Source of the DNA: the human T2T-CHM13v2.0 reference genome, Homo sapiens
Strand: one strand, 5' to 3'
DNA: 64,000 bases
Assembly (NCBI RefSeq): GCF_009914755.1
Contig: NC_060943.1
The notes below the pieces were generated by a model. The model was given only the letters and a program-made list of their open reading frames with translations. It was not told the origin of the DNA and ran no database searches. Shown here in pieces: positions 1-20,211 of the stretch; within the stretch, counting starts at the first letter, position 1, and the number at the start of each line of letters is the position of its first letter. The position numbers and the translations under genes were made by a program.

Positions 1-272
1 GACATCAACGGGCTCACACCCCATGTTTATCCATGTCAGGGTGTGAGCCCTTCCCAGGACCATGCCCAGTGGAGCCTCTTCCCAAGTTCATGTCACTGGG
101 TCACAGGAGATGGAATCTCAGAGCAGCTGAGAGGAACTGAGGGCAGGCATGGGTGAGTGCGAGTGAACGTGTCAGACAAGATGCTTCAGACTCAGAAAAG
201 ACTGGCTGCTACAATACCTGGCATTTCAGAAACGAAAGACACAGATTAATCCACAGAGGAATATCACTTCAC

Positions 273-335
273 CTGAGGAAGAGCCATGCCTGGCTCCTTT
301 CCTTTCCTCTTCTGAGCTGCTTCCTCACGTAACAT
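273..335 (-). CDS. ZNF611: First coding exon of a KRAB-ZNF gene (MLREEAAQKRKGKEPGMALPQ); whole exon 273-354; the rest of the gene lies left of the window
   Basis: Minus strand reads atacag|GATTGATTCC...ATG TTA CGT GAG GAA...CCT CAG|gtgaag: canonical AG/GT, 63 coding nt, phase 0. It is nearly identical to the ZNF600 exon at 63300-63381. The symbol comes from the recalled ZNF611 N-terminus and its position next to ZNF600. Confidence 0.78.
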
Positions 336-1041
336 GAGTCTTTAGGAATCAATCCTGTATGTGAAAAAAAATGAGACTTCATGTTAGAAATGACTCACTC
401 CCTTCCTGTGACAAAAACACACGAACGGGGGAGACGTCACCCTGTAGAAAGAAGTCCCCCACTGCCCACTGCACCAGAGATCATGCAGAGATAAGGAAGT
501 CCCACAGGAAGACCTATGAGTGTATATTTGACCCCAGTCTTCAGATCTCACCTCTCTCCTGGAGAAGCCACCACACACGAGGCAGCAGTGGGGAGCTGGG
601 CTGGACTGATCTCCCCTTCAGGGCACAGACTCATCCTTCATCAATTGCCATCCAGAGGACAGCCCCTCACCTCTCTGTGGATCACAGGCTGAGGTCAGCC
701 CTCAGAAATGCAGGACTCAGAGCTTCCATGCTCAATGCTGCACACAGATGACAAGCACCTGGGCCACTGCAGGTATTACTGAGGGTGGGTTCCATCCCGT
801 CAGAATAAGAATCCCTGCTAAAGTGGCACAAAAGCTCTATTTGAAAAATGCCTCGACTCTAACGTGAAGCCAGGGTTGAGCTCCACTCAGAGGGGGCGAG
901 CCCAGCACAGCCCCATGTTCTGGCTCTGCCCTCCCCTTGGGGCCTTGTTCTCACCAGGATCCAGACAGTGGATGACAAAGGCACAAAAATAATCACACAG
1001 AACAGGCAATGTGGAGAAGGGGTAGGGTGAGGGTTGGGCTG

Positions 1042-1734
<693 letters not shown>

Positions 1735-2528
1735 GTGGCAATGTCAAATGGGAGATCACAAAGGAAACCCGGAGAAGATGATACCAGAACAAGGACCTAG
1801 AAAAGAAAGGCTGCTTGTCACTTGCAGCTGAGGGGAAGAGAGTCCTAGGCAGAGGGACAGCTCAAGTGAAGGCCCTGAGACAGGAGCAACCTCAGCCCCA
1901 GGAATAGGAAAGCAGCCTGTGTGGCTGGAACAGTGGAAGAGAGGAGGGCACAAGTAGGAGATGAGGAGAAAAATGTTCAAAATATACACAACTGTGCACA
2001 CACAGCAATAGGTGTTTAAAACACTGAAAAAGAGGCAGCTGTAGAAATGGGATCTGAGCAAATGCTTTTCTCATGAACACATGGGCTCTGCTAAACCAAG
2101 GTTCCAAGTCAATCCAGCCCATCCTTCAACATCTGTAGAGAATATTATGGACCAGAGGGAATTGAGGGAGACACTTACTTAGAAGCTCACAGATCACCAT
2201 TTTTTCAGATGATATGAGGAAAGAAAATGGAATAGGCTACTTGAACTAAATTTTCATGTTAGGGTAAGGAAAAAAGGTCCTTGATATCTTTATCAAGTAC
2301 ACACTGAAACAACCTAAAATTATATATCACGTAGTAGAAAACGTTTTCGATATATGATAAAGACTAGAAAGCACACAGACCTCAATGTAAACTGAACACA
2401 ATCTCATAGAGAAACAATTTTAAAATGGTTAAAAAATATAGATCTAATGAAATCTTGGGTCAAAGGAGAAATATTTGAAAATATACCATACTTTGAAAAC
2501 AATGAGGCCAGGCATGGTGACACGCCTA

Positions 2529-3115
<587 letters not shown>

Positions 3116-4197
3116 CTAATCATAACTACTCAGGAGGCTGAGGCAGGAGAATCACTTGAACTCCAGAGGCGAACTTTGCAGTGAACCAAGATCATGCCAT
3201 TGCACTACAGCCTGGGCAACAAGAGCAAAACTCAGTCAAAAAACAAACAAACAAACAAAAAACAAAAAACCCGACAACAACAAAAATAAGTAAATTAAAA
3301 GTAAACTTAAAAAATGAAAAGCAACTAATGAGGCAAAGCATGGTGGCTCACACCTGTAATCCCAGCACTTTGGGAGGCCAAGGCGGGTGGATCACGGGGT
3401 CATGAGTTCAAGAGCAGTCTGGCCAAGATGGTGAACCTCTGTCTCTGCTAAAAATAAAACGTCAGACAGGTGTGGTGGCAGCTGCCTATAATCCCAGCTG
3501 CTTGGGAGGCTGAGGCAGAGCATTGCTTGAACCCGGGAGGTGGAGGTTGCAGTGAGTCAAGATCACTCCACTGCACTCCAGCTTGCCTGACAGAGAAAGA
3601 CTCCATCTCAAAAAGAAAAAATAAATGAATAAAAACACACAAAAAAACCAACCACATGAATGAAATGAAGAGGAACTAGAAAAAAGGAAACCAATTACAA
3701 AAAGAGAACAAAAGCACTTTTAATACTCCTTTCATCACGTTCCATATAGTAACAGAGACTCAGTCACTTCTTACCCTACTTCTCTCCCCCACTCCCCACC
3801 CCAGCCATGAAAAGGGAAGAGGGTGATCCACAACTAACGAGTCAAGTCACTGTCCTCTGGCTGAAGAGGGGTTGCAGAGGGAAGCTGCCTCTGATGCCAT
3901 CATTATAAAATGCACCACACTTAGACACAGGAGTTTGGCAACTCTCATTCTCATCTGTATAATTTAAACTAATTTTAAATTTGTTACCTTATAAACAGAG
4001 AAAGCAACATGTCATCACTTCATCATCACATCCAATCAACTCACCGCTCATCTGCACCCAGGGTCCCCCTTCATCTTCATTACTGTTCCATCATTCTATA
4101 CATAGCTCTTTCTCACCTTCTCTCTCCATCTGTTTCTTTTCTGCATTTCCCCCTGGACTTCTGCTCATTTTATGCCCCTCTCCTGTTTTGCTTCATT

Positions 4198-6282
4198 CTT
4201 TTTTGTTTTGTTTTGTTTTTTAGTATTTATTGATCATTCTTGGGTGTTTCTCAGAGAGGGGGATGTGGCAGGGTCATACGACAATAGTGGAGAGAAGGTC
4301 AGCAGATAAACACGTGAATGAAGGTCTCTGGTTTTCCTAGGCAGAGGTCCCTGCGGCCTTCCGCAGTGTTTGTCTCCCTGGGTACTTGAGATTAGGGAGT
4401 GGTGATGACTTTTAAGGAGCATGCTGCCTTTAAGCATCTGTTTAACAAAGCACATCTTGCACCGCCCTTAATCCATTTATTTAACCCTGAGTTGACACAG
4501 CACATGTTTCAGAGAGCACGGGGTTGGGGGTAGGGTTACACATTAACAGCATCTCAAGGCAGAAGAATTTTTCTTAGTACAGAACAAAATAGAGTCTCCT
4601 ATGTCTACTTCTTTCTACACAGACACAGTAACAATCTGATCTCTCTTGCTTTTCTCCACATTTCCCCCTTTTCTTTTCGACAAAACCGCCATCGTCATCA
4701 TGGCCAGTTCTCAATAAGCTGTTGGGTACACCTGCAGAAAGGCTGTCACTTCACACTTGGAAGATTGCACAGCGGCCAGGCAGAGGCACCCCCCACCTCC
4801 CCGACGGGGCGGCCGGGCAGAGGCGCTCCCCACTTCCCAGATGGGGCGGCCGGGCAGAGGCACTCCTCACTTCCCAGAAGGGGCGGCTGCTGGGCAGAGG
4901 CGCTCCTCACCTCCCAGATGGGGCGGCCGGGCAGAGGCGCTCCTCACCTCCCAGATGGGGCGGCCGGGCAGAGGCGCTCCTCACCTCCCAGATGGGGCAG
5001 CCGGGCAGAGGCGCTCCTCACCTCCCAGATGGGGCAGCCGGGCAGAGGCGCTCCTCACCTCCCAGATGGGGCAGCCGGGCAGAGGCGCTCCTCACTTCCC
5101 AGACGGGGCAGCTGCTGGGCAGAGGCGCTCCTCACCTCCCAGACGGGGCAGCCGGGCAGAGGTGCTCCTCACATCTCAGACGGGGCGGCTGCTGGGCAGA
5201 GGCGCTCCCCACCTCCCAGATGGCGTGGCCGGGCAGAGGCACTCCTCACATCCCAGACGGGGTGGCCAGGCAGAGGTGCTCCCCACTTCCCCGATGGGGT
5301 GGCGGCTGGGCAGAGGTGCTCCTCACTTCCCAGATGGGGCGGCCGGGCAGAGATGCTCCTCACTTCTCAGATGGGGTGGCTGGGCAGAGGCGTTCCTCAC
5401 CTCCCAGACAGGGTCGCAGTCAGGCAGAGGCGCTCCTCACATCCCAGACGGGGCGGCCGGGCAGAGGCACTCCTCACTTCCCAGACGGGGAGGCCAGGCA
5501 GCGGTGCTCCTCACTTCCCAGACGGGGCGGCCAGGCAGAGGCGCTCCTCACTTCCCAGACAGGGCAGCCGAGCAGAGGGGCTCCTCACTTCCTAGACGGG
5601 GCGGCCAGGAAGAGACGCTCCTCACTTCCCAAACGGGGTGGTGGCTGGGCAGAGGCGCTCCTCACTTCCTAGATGGGATGGCGGCCGTGCAGAGGTGCTC
5701 CTCATTTCCCAGACTGGGCAGCCGGGCAGAGAGGCTCCTCACATCTCAGACAATGGGTGGCCAGGCAGAGACGCTCCTCACTTCCTAGATGGGGTGGTGG
5801 CCGGGCAGAGGCTATAATCTCAGCACTTTGGGAGGCCAAGGCAGGCGGCTGGGAGGTGGAGGTTGTAGCAAGCCAAGATCACGCCACTGCACTCTAGCCT
5901 GGGCAACACTGAGCACTGAGTGAGCAAGACTCCGTCTGCAATCCCGGCACCTCGGGAGGCCAAGGCGGGCAAATCACTGGAGGTCAGGGGTTGGAGACCA
6001 GCCCGGCCAACATGGCGAAACCCCGTCTCCACCAAAAATACAAAAACCAGTCAGGCTTGGTGGCTTGTGACTGCAATCCCAGGCACTCAGCAGGCTGAGG
6101 CAGGAGAATCAGGCAGGGAGGTTGCAGCGAGCCCAGATCACGGCAGTACTGTCCAGCCTCGGCAACAGAGGGAGACCGTGGAAAGTGAGAGGGGAGAGGG
6201 AGAGAGGGAGGGAGAGGGAGAGGCAGAGGCAGAGGGAGAGGGAGAGGGAAAGGGAGAGGGAGAGAGAGAGGGAGAGGGAGAG
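4198..6282 (-). mobile_element. Full-structure SVA retrotransposon, old (SVA_A-like), same orientation as the ZNF genes
   Basis: On the minus strand: (CCCTCT)n hexamers ~6185-6282, Alu-like domain ~5810-6175, GC-rich VNTR ~4770-5810, SINE-R (HML-2 LTR/env derived) ~4222-4770, AATAAA at 4226-4231, A-rich tail. The gcaatcttccaagtgtgaagtgacagcc segment is recalled as typical of SVA_A. Confidence 0.93.
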
Positions 6283-6300
6283 CTTTTTTTTGTTTTTTGA

Positions 6301-6405
<105 letters not shown>

Positions 6406-7597
6406 TAATCCAAAATTATCAGGGCACGGTGGCCCATGCCTGTAATCCCAGCTACTCAGGGGGTAGTATCGCAGGAGAATCGCTTCAACCCTAAAGGCAG
6501 AGATACTCATTAGCCAAGATTGTGCCATTGCACTCCAGCCTGGGCAACAAGAGCAAAACTCCACTGCAAAATAATAATAATAATAATTAGTATGTAGGCC
6601 AGGTGCGGTGGCTCTTCCCTATAATCCCAGTACATTGCAAGGCCAAGACAGGAGGAACCTTTGAGCCCAGGATTTTCAGTCCAGCCTGGGAAACATACTG
6701 AAACCGTTTCTACAAAAAAAATAAAATAAAATAAAAAATAAATAAATAACTAGCCGGGCTTGGTGTCTCACACCTGTGGTCTCAGCTACTCAGGAGACTG
6801 AGGGAGGAGGATCACTTGAGCCTAAGAGGTCGAGGCTGCAGTTAGAGTAGATAACGCCATTGTACTCCAGCCTGGGCAATAGGGCCAGACCCTGTCTCAA
6901 AATATTAATTAACTAATTAATTAATTAAAAGTATTATGTAATAACAGAAAGTTGTTTTTTTCTTTTTCCCCACATCACTGCCCCACTTTCTACCCCACCC
7001 TGGGAAAAGGGAAGAAACTGACTCACAACTGAGTAAGTCACTGCCCTCGGGCTGAATAGGGATTCCAAGTGGAAGCTAACCTCTGACACCAAGATTTATA
7101 GAATGTACATGACTCACATAGGAATTTTAAAATTCTCAAACTCATCTGTATAATTTAAACAAGTTATTAGATTATATACACAGAAGTCAACATGTCACAA
7201 CTAATCATATCCAATGAACTCACACACTCATCTGTATCCAAAGTCCCCCACCCTTTTTTTCTTTTAAAACAGGGTCTTGCTCTTTTCACCAGGCTGGAGT
7301 ACAGTGGCATGATCTCTGCTCACAGCAGCCTGGACCTCCTGGGCTCAAGTGATCCTCCAGCCTCTGCCTACAGAGTAGCTGAAATTACAGGTGCACATTA
7401 TCATGCCTGGTTTTTGTTTTCGTTTTTTTTTTTTTTTTTTTTGATAGAGATGGGGGCAATGACTATTTTGCCCAGGCTGGTCTTGAACTCCTGGATTCAA
7501 GCAATCTCTCTGTCCCAGTCTCCTAAAGTGCTGGGATTACAGGCATGAGCCACTGCGCCTGGCCCCTCTTTCTTCATTACTGTGCTTCCCTCCCTAA

Positions 7598-9066
<1,469 letters not shown>

Positions 9067-9649
9067 CCTTATTTAACCTCTTGTTGCTCCTTCTCCCCAA
9101 TCTTTCAATCGTCCTCAATCTCTATATATTACCGCCTCTTCTCTTATCTCTCCATCTCCTCTGCTCTCCCTGTTAAATTCTCTCTTCCCTGTTACAGCCC
9201 CCAGTCCCCACTCTCTAGCACCCCAGATCCCCAGGTGTCCTCCCTGCTGTGGTTCTCCCTCTGGTCTCCGTGCCACCAGCACCACTCTGCTCTGTCTGCC
9301 CTGGCTCCAAATCCCTCCTCCTCTCCCTCACTCTGGTGAGCCTCCCTCTTTGCTGCCCCTCTCCCTATCTTGTCCTTCATCTCTGTACATCTAGCTCTTC
9401 TCTACATTTCTCCAGTTGCTTTTCTCCTCCTGCTTTCTTATTTTTTCTTTCACTTTTGCTGTCTCTTGGCAAATTTCTCACCCATCCTCTACTTTGCCAT
9501 CTGTTACGGGCCTTTCTCATTCTTCTTTTCTCTGTCTCTGGTTTTCTACTGCTCTCTCAGTCCCTCTCTCTATCTCCTCATCTCTTTGACCCAAACAATC
9601 ACACGCGGGTTTGGAGTAAGAGGCCTACATCCTGGAGAAGCGCATTTTC

Positions 9650-10900
9650 CAGGAGGTGGAGCTGGGCAGGCAAGAACACCCGGTGTCATAGGACAAGGCC
9701 CTGGGACCTCCCCAACGCTGGCTCAGGGGAAGCGGTGACTGCGGAGGGAAGACTTGGGGAGCAGCAGGGCCCGGCACGAGGAGGGACATAGTGGGAGACG
9801 GCGCCTTAAGACATGGGTGGCACCTGCAGGCTCCCAGGACCAGGCAGAGGACCCAGCCTCCCCAGGACTGGGGCCCCGGCGCTGCGCTCCAGGGGAGGCC
9901 GACGGGGGCTGGGAGGCGCCCAGGGCGGGAATCCAGCGCACGGGTGAGGACTTTAAAAAGCAAGGGGCAGGATGAGTCAACAAGGTTTTGAGCAGGAAAA
10001 CTATGCGATAGGAAGTGTATACATTGCCCTATAGCAGAAAGACCGGGGACGGGACCAGCCTCCAAGCGACTTCAAACCCAAAAGGAAGCAACTTCCAGAC
10101 TCTTATGGGCGTCTCAATTTGCTCTGGGTGAAGGAAGACAGGCAAGAATTTCCAGGTCTGTGAGGACCCCACGTCCCAGGGACAGAAGTGCCAGGGACCT
10201 GGGAAGTGCAGACTTAATACAAGGCAGAGCAAAACTCACGCGCCTCGGTAGGACCTTCACTCCACGTGATCCACTTCCGGGTTTGCTGCGCAGGACAGAA
10301 GCCAGTCCCGGGTGGGGCCCCCGAACATGGTGGCGGGGCCTGGGTGGGACAGAGGCGGGGCGCGAGGCGGAGAGACCTTGCCCTTTAGAACAGGCAAAGG
10401 GCGGGGCCGGGACCGGACCTGTGCATCTCTCCGCCTCGCACCCAGCGCCTCTGTTTTTCGGGTGTTTGGAGGTGAGAGCGGCCAGGAAGGCTGAGGCATG
10501 ATACAAAAGCCCTGGAATTATCTGGAACGGGAATGCAAACTAGAATGTGAAATGCAAAGCCCTGCCTGGGCGGAACATACGATTTCATGCTGATGGTCCA
10601 CAGAACAGAACAGAAATCCTCTCCCTTTCTATTCTCCATTCACTCAGGAGGGAGAGTCTACCCTGTGCTCAGCTTCAGAGACTTCCCTAGAGCCTTTGCT
10701 TGGGATGCGGGACTGGGTGCTCAGGCCAGGGAGGAGTGAGGTCACCACCTGCTGCCTAAACGCAGCAGGGATGCGGGCGTGAGGCCGGAAGCCTGAGGTC
10801 CCAGCTACTCAGGAAGCAGCGGCGGGAGAATCGCTGAACCTGGGGGTCCAGGCCAGCCTGGGCGACAAAGTAACACCCCCTCCCGCAGTGCTCTCTTCAT
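9650..10900 (-). promoter_or_regulatory. CpG-island promoter copy A with a candidate non-coding exon 1 ending at 10240
   Basis: ETS motif CCGGAAGT (10273-10280), E-box CACGTG (10263-10268), several GC boxes, strong donor gcgc|GTGAGT (10234-10239). Confidence 0.7.
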
Positions 10901-11482
10901 TGTCTCTCTCGCGCGCTCTTTTTCTTTTCTTTCCTTTTTATTTATTTTTATTTTTTGAGACGGAGTCTTGCTCTGTCACCCAGGCTGGAGTGCAGTGGCA
11001 TGATTTTGGCTCACTGCAAGCTCCACCTCCCGGGTTCACGCCATTCTCCTGCCTGAGAGTTGAGTAACTGGGACTACAGGTGCCCGCCACGATGCCCGGC
11101 TACTTTTTTGTATTTTTAGTAGAGAAGGGGTTTCACTGTGTTAGCCAGGATGGTCTCGATCTCCTGACCCCGTGATCCACCCGCCTCAGCCTCGCAAAGT
11201 GCTGGGATTACAGGTGTGAGCCACCATGCTCGGCCTTGTGTTTTTTTTTTTTTTTTCTTTTTAAACAAAATTTTTCATGGTGTGACACAGGGATCCAACA
11301 TTATTCTTTTCAATGTGGATATCCAGTTAGTTGTCCCGCACGTTTGTGAAAGAGATCAATTACTTTCTCTTTTTTTACTTTTTTCTTTCCTTTTACTTTT
11401 GAGACAGAGTATTTCTCTGTGGCCCGTGCTGGGGTGCAGTTGTGAGATCATGGCCCACTGCAGCCTCTGCCTCCTGGGTTGA

Positions 11483-11728
<246 letters not shown>

Positions 11729-12696
11729 TGAGAAACAAAGAGTCTTGCCCCAAATGAGAAATCATCTCCACGATGATAATAGAGAAAGAAAGAATAACTA
11801 TTTTATTAATAAATAAGCTTTAGACCAGAATGTGATGGGAAATAAAGGCAAACAGCTAAGAGGTTGAAAAGAGAGAAAGAAACGTCACTGTTACTATACA
11901 ACCCATTTAGTACATGTTTTCAAGATAAACACTAATCAGTCCTCAGGGAAGAGGACTTGAAAAGCCCTTGGTCACACATAGTTCATCCTGGCTCTACTTG
12001 GTAATGGAGGTGACCATCTCTGTCAGCTAACTAGCTTCATCCCGAGGCAGGGGGAGAAACCCTAACACTAACCCTAACACAAAAATTAGCTGGACGTGGT
12101 GGCAGGCGCCTGTAATTTTTCTGTATTTTTAGTAGAGACAGAGTTTCACCAAGCTGGCCAGGCTGGTTTCGAACTCCTGACCTCAAGTGATCTGCCCACC
12201 TTGGCATATCAATGTATTGGGATTACAGGCTTGAGCCACCAGGGTCAGCCAGGAAAAACTCTTAGAAGTTGCACCTGCATTCCGCTAGACTCTGCTTGCA
12301 TGACCACATTCCTCTCAAGGCTCAGAATTATTTACAGGTCCATAGCTTTAAATTTGAATCATTTGATGTTTGAATTATTTAATTTCCTACTGAGACACAG
12401 GTACTATCTATCTTGTTGTGTGCCTTTTTTTTTTTTTTTTTTTGAGACGGAGTCTCGCTTTGTTGCCCAGGCTGCAGTGCAGTGGTGCAATCTCAGCTCA
12501 CTGCAACCTCTGCCTCCCAGGTTCAAGCAATTCTGCCTCAGCCTCCTGAGTAGCTGGGACTACAAGCATGTGCCACCACACCCGGCTAATTTTTTTGAAT
12601 TTTTAGTAGAGACAGGTTTTCACCATGTTGGTCAGGTGGTCTTGAACTCCTGACCTCGGGATTGGCCAGGCTTGGCCTCCCAAAGTGGTGGGATTA

Positions 12697-13136
<440 letters not shown>

Positions 13137-13320
13137 CTAAGAAAAGAAATGAAAGGAAAGAAAATCTCTTTCTTTATTTTCAAAGGAGGAATTAAACCTC
13201 TCATTTACTTCCTTGTCTGTTTGAGATAGGGTGTAGCTCACTCACCCAAGCTGGAGTGTGGTGGCAAAAACAGGGCTCACTGCAGCCTTCAACTCCCTGG
13301 CTCAAGTGATCCTCCCACCT

Positions 13321-15860
<2,540 letters not shown>

Positions 15861-16588
15861 TTTGATGTTCCTTTCTTTTTCTTTATTTTTTTTTCAGACG
15901 GACTCTAGCTCTGTTGCCTAGGCTGGCATGCAGTGGCGCAATCTCGGCTCACTGCAACGTCTGCCTCCCGGGTTCAAACAAACTTCTGCCTCCTGAGTAG
16001 GTGGGATTACAGGAGTCTGCCATCACTACCGGCTAATTTTTGTATTTTTTTTTTTGTAGAGATGGGGTTTCACTCTGTTGGCCAGGCTGGTATCGAACTC
16101 CTGACCTCGTGATCCACCCACCTTGGCTTCCCAAAGTGCTGGGATTACAGGCTTGAGCCACCGTGCCCTGATGTCCCTTTTGAAAACTACTATGGGCTAG
16201 GCGTGGTGGCTTACGCCCGTAATCCCAGCACTTTGGGAGGCCGAGGCAGGTGGATCACCTCAGGTCGGGAGTTAGAGACCAGCCTGGATCAACATGAAGA
16301 AACCCTGTCTCTACTAAAAACACAAAATTAGCCGAGCGTGGTGGTGCATGCCTGTAATCCCAGCTATTCAGGAGGCTGAGGCAGTAGAATCGCTTGATGC
16401 TAGGAAGCCAAGGTTGTGGTGAGCTGAGATCATGCCATCGCACTCCAGCCTTGGCAACAAGAGCAAAATTCCCTCTCAAAAAAACAAAAAAAAATGGCCG
16501 GGCGGGTGGCTCACGCCTGTAATCCCAGCACTTTGGGAGGCTGAGGCGGGCGGATCACGAGGTCAGGAGATTGAGACCATCCTGGCTA

Positions 16589-17120
<532 letters not shown>

Positions 17121-18829
17121 GGCTAAGTAGGCCAGACACGGTGGCTCCTCCCTGTAATCCCACCCGTAATCCCAGTAATTTGGGAGGCCAAGGCAGGAGG
17201 ATCCTTTGAGCCCAGGATTTTGAGACCAGCCTAGGAAACATAGTGAAACTCCGTTTCTACAAAAAAAAAAAAATACAAAAACTAGCCGGGCTTGGTGGCT
17301 CATGCCTCTGGTCTCAGCTACTCAGAAGGCTGAGGAAGGAGGATGGCTTGAACTTAAGAGGTCGAGGCTGCAGTTAGAGGAGATCACGCCACTGCACACC
17401 AGCCTGGGTGATAGAGTCAGACCCTGTCTCAAAATATTAATTAATTAATTAATTAATTAAATGTATTTTGTAATAACAGACAGTGACTATTTTCCCACTT
17501 CACTGACCCACGTCCTACCCCATCCTAGGAAAAGGGGAGACAGTGATTCACAACTGAATAAGTGACTGCCCTCTGGCAAATAGGGATTCCAAGTGGAACA
17601 TAACCTCTGATGCCAAGATTTATAGAATGTACATGTCTTATAGATACGAATTTTAAAATTCTCAATCTCATCTGTGTAATTTAAACAAGTTTTTAGTTAT
17701 TAGATTATATATACAGAACTCAACATGTCACAACCAATCATATCCAATGAACTCACCCACTCATCTGAACCCAGTCTCTCGCCCCTTTTTTTTTGTTTGG
17801 AGACAAGGTCTCGCTCTGACGACCAGGCTGCAGTGTAGTCACATGATCTCAGCTCACTGCAGCCTGGACCTCCTGGGCTCAAGTCATCCTCCCAGCTTGG
17901 CCACCAGAGCAGCTGGGAGTACAGGTGCACACCATTATGCCCGGTTATTTACTTACTTTTTTGGCGGGGGGGAGGTCTCACTATGTTGCCCAAGCTGGTC
18001 TCGAACTCCTGGACTCAAGCAATCCCCTTGCCTCAGTCTCCTAAAGTGTGGAGACTACAGGCGTGAGCCACTGTGTCCAGACCCTCTTTCTTCATTACTG
18101 TGCTTCCCTCCCTAATTCTGTACATATCTCTCATTCTCCCCTTCTCTCTCTAGCTCTTGTTTTCTTTTCTTTTTCCCTGGGATTCTGCTCTTCATTTTGT
18201 ACCCCTCTCCTCTCCTGCTATTTATCCCCTTCTTCCCTTTATTCCTTCTCTTCCACCTCTTCTCCTCCATCCTCACAACTTATTTAACCTCTTATTGCTC
18301 CTTCTCCCCAATCTTTCAATCGTCCTCAATCTCCATCTATTTCTGCCTCTTCTCCCATCTCTGCGCCTCCTCTGCTCTCCCTGTTAAATTCCATCTTCCC
18401 CGATATACTCCCCTGTCCCCACTCTGTGTCTCCCCAGATCCCCAGCTGTCCTCTCTGCTGTGGTTCTCCCTCTGTTCTCCTTGACACAAGCACCACTCTG
18501 CTCTGTCTGCCCTGGCTCCAAATCCTTCCCTCTCTCCCTCACTCTGATAAGCCTCCCTCTTTGCTGCCACTCCCCCTACCTTGTGATCCTTCATCTCTCT
18601 GTACATCTAGCCTTTCTCTACATTTCTCCGGTTGCTTTTCTCCTCCTGCTTTCTTAGGCTTTTTTTTTTTTTTCACTTCTGCCATCTCTTGGCATATCCC
18701 TCACCAATCCTCTATTTTGCCATCTGTTATGGGCCTTTCTTATTCTTCTTTTCTCTGCCTCAGGTTTTCTACTGCTCTCTGTCTCCTGATTCCTTTGGCC
18801 CACACAATCGCAACACGGTTTGGAGTAAG

Positions 18830-19745
18830 ACGCCTGCATCCCGGAGGAGCGCATTTTCCACGCCCTGGAGCTCCGCAGGCAAGAAGACCCCGTGCCGCAG
18901 GACAGGCCCCTGGGACCTCCCCAGTGCAGGTTCAATGAAAGCGGTGACTGCGGAGGGGAGACCTGGGGAGCAGCAGGCCCCGGCATGAGGAGGGAGGTGC
19001 GGCGAGGGGGGGGCGCGACGGCGCCTTAGGACCAGGATGGGGTCTGCAGGATCCCAGGACCTGGCAGAGGACTCGGCCTCCCCGGGACTGGGGCTGCGGC
19101 GCGGCGCTCCCGGGGCTGAGGAGGGGGAGGCTGGGAGGCGCCCTGGGCAAGAATCCACATCGCGGGTGAAGACTTTAAAAAGCGCGGGGCGCGAGGAGTC
19201 AGAACAAGGTTTTCAGCAGGAAAACTACGCAACAGAAAGTGTATACATTGACCTATAGCAGAAAGACCGGGGACGAGACCAGCCTCAGGACGACTTTAAA
19301 CCCAAAAGGAAGCGACCCTCGGGCTCTCACGGGGATGTCTCAATTTGCTCTGGGCAAAGGAAGACGCCGGAGAATTTCCAGGTCTGTGGGGACCCCACGT
19401 CCCAGGGACAGAAGCCCTGGGAACCTAGTTAGCGCAGACTTAATACAACACAGAGCAAAACTCACCGCGGCGATATGACCTACACTCCACCCGATCCGCT
19501 TCCGGGTTTGCGTTAATCTGCGCGCGCAGGACAAAAGCCAGGCCTGGGCGGGAAGTGGGAGGTAGGCGGGGCCTGGACGAGGTAGGGGCGGGGCGCGAGG
19601 CGGAGAGACCTTGCCTTTTAGAACCCGCAGAGGGCAGGGCCGGGGCGGGATCTGCGCGTCTCTCAGCCTCGCTCCCAGCGTCCCTGTTTTCAGGTTTTGG
19701 AGGCGAGAGCGCCAGAAAGTCTGAGGCATGATACAAAAGCCCTGT
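18830..19745 (-). promoter_or_regulatory. ZNF611: CpG-island promoter copy B with a candidate non-coding exon 1 ending at 19466; probably the main promoter of the ZNF611-like gene
   Basis: CpG-richer than copy A; CCGGAAG ETS motif (~19499-19505), palindrome CTGCGCGCGCAG (19518-19529), GC boxes, donor gcg|GTGAGT (19460-19465). Confidence 0.72.
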
Positions 19746-20211
19746 TGAGAGAAGAGAGAGACCCTCTGACATTGTTTTATATTGTTTTATAGTCAGTAAA
19801 AACAACAGGAAGTAAAACCAAAGACAGGCAGCCCCGCGCCAGGCCCGAAACCAGGCCTGGATCCGCCTGGCCTAAACCCAGTAGTTAAAAATCAACTTAT
19901 GATTTAGAAGCTGATGTTAGGCATAGATTCCAGACATTGTATAGAAGAACACGGTGAAACTCCTGCCCTGTTCTCTCTCTCCCTGATCACCGGTGCATGC
20001 AGCCCCTGTCACGTATCCCTTGCTTGCTCAATCAGTCACTATCCTTTCATCTGAAATCTTTAGTGTTGTGAGCCCTTAAAAGGGACAGAAATTGTGCACT
20101 CGGGGAGCTTGGATTTTAAGGCAGTAGCTTGCCAATGCTCCCAGCTGAATAAAGCCCTTCCTTCTACAACTCGGTGTCTGAGAGGTTTTGTCTGCGACTC
20201 GTCCTGCTACA
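19746..20211 (+). mobile_element. LTR2-family (LTR2B/2C-like, ERV1) solo LTR
   Basis: TGAGAGAAGAGAGAGACCCTCT...CGTCCTGCTACA with 4-bp TSD ctgt (19742-19745 / 20212-20215); the empty site is in copy A at ~10511. Confidence 0.85.

Noticed and set aside
4722-5788. Three overlapping 276-343 aa ORFs
   Set aside because: They are stop-poor readings of the SVA VNTR, antisense to the element, with the same peptides cycling between frames.
9080-9600. Leu/Ser/Phe-rich membrane-like ORFs (also 18090-18790)
   Set aside because: Produced by a pyrimidine-rich tract; the frames are not conserved between the two duplicated copies.
12058-12080. Interstitial telomeric repeat
   Set aside because: Only two CCCTAA-containing units, explained by duplication of a local 11-mer.
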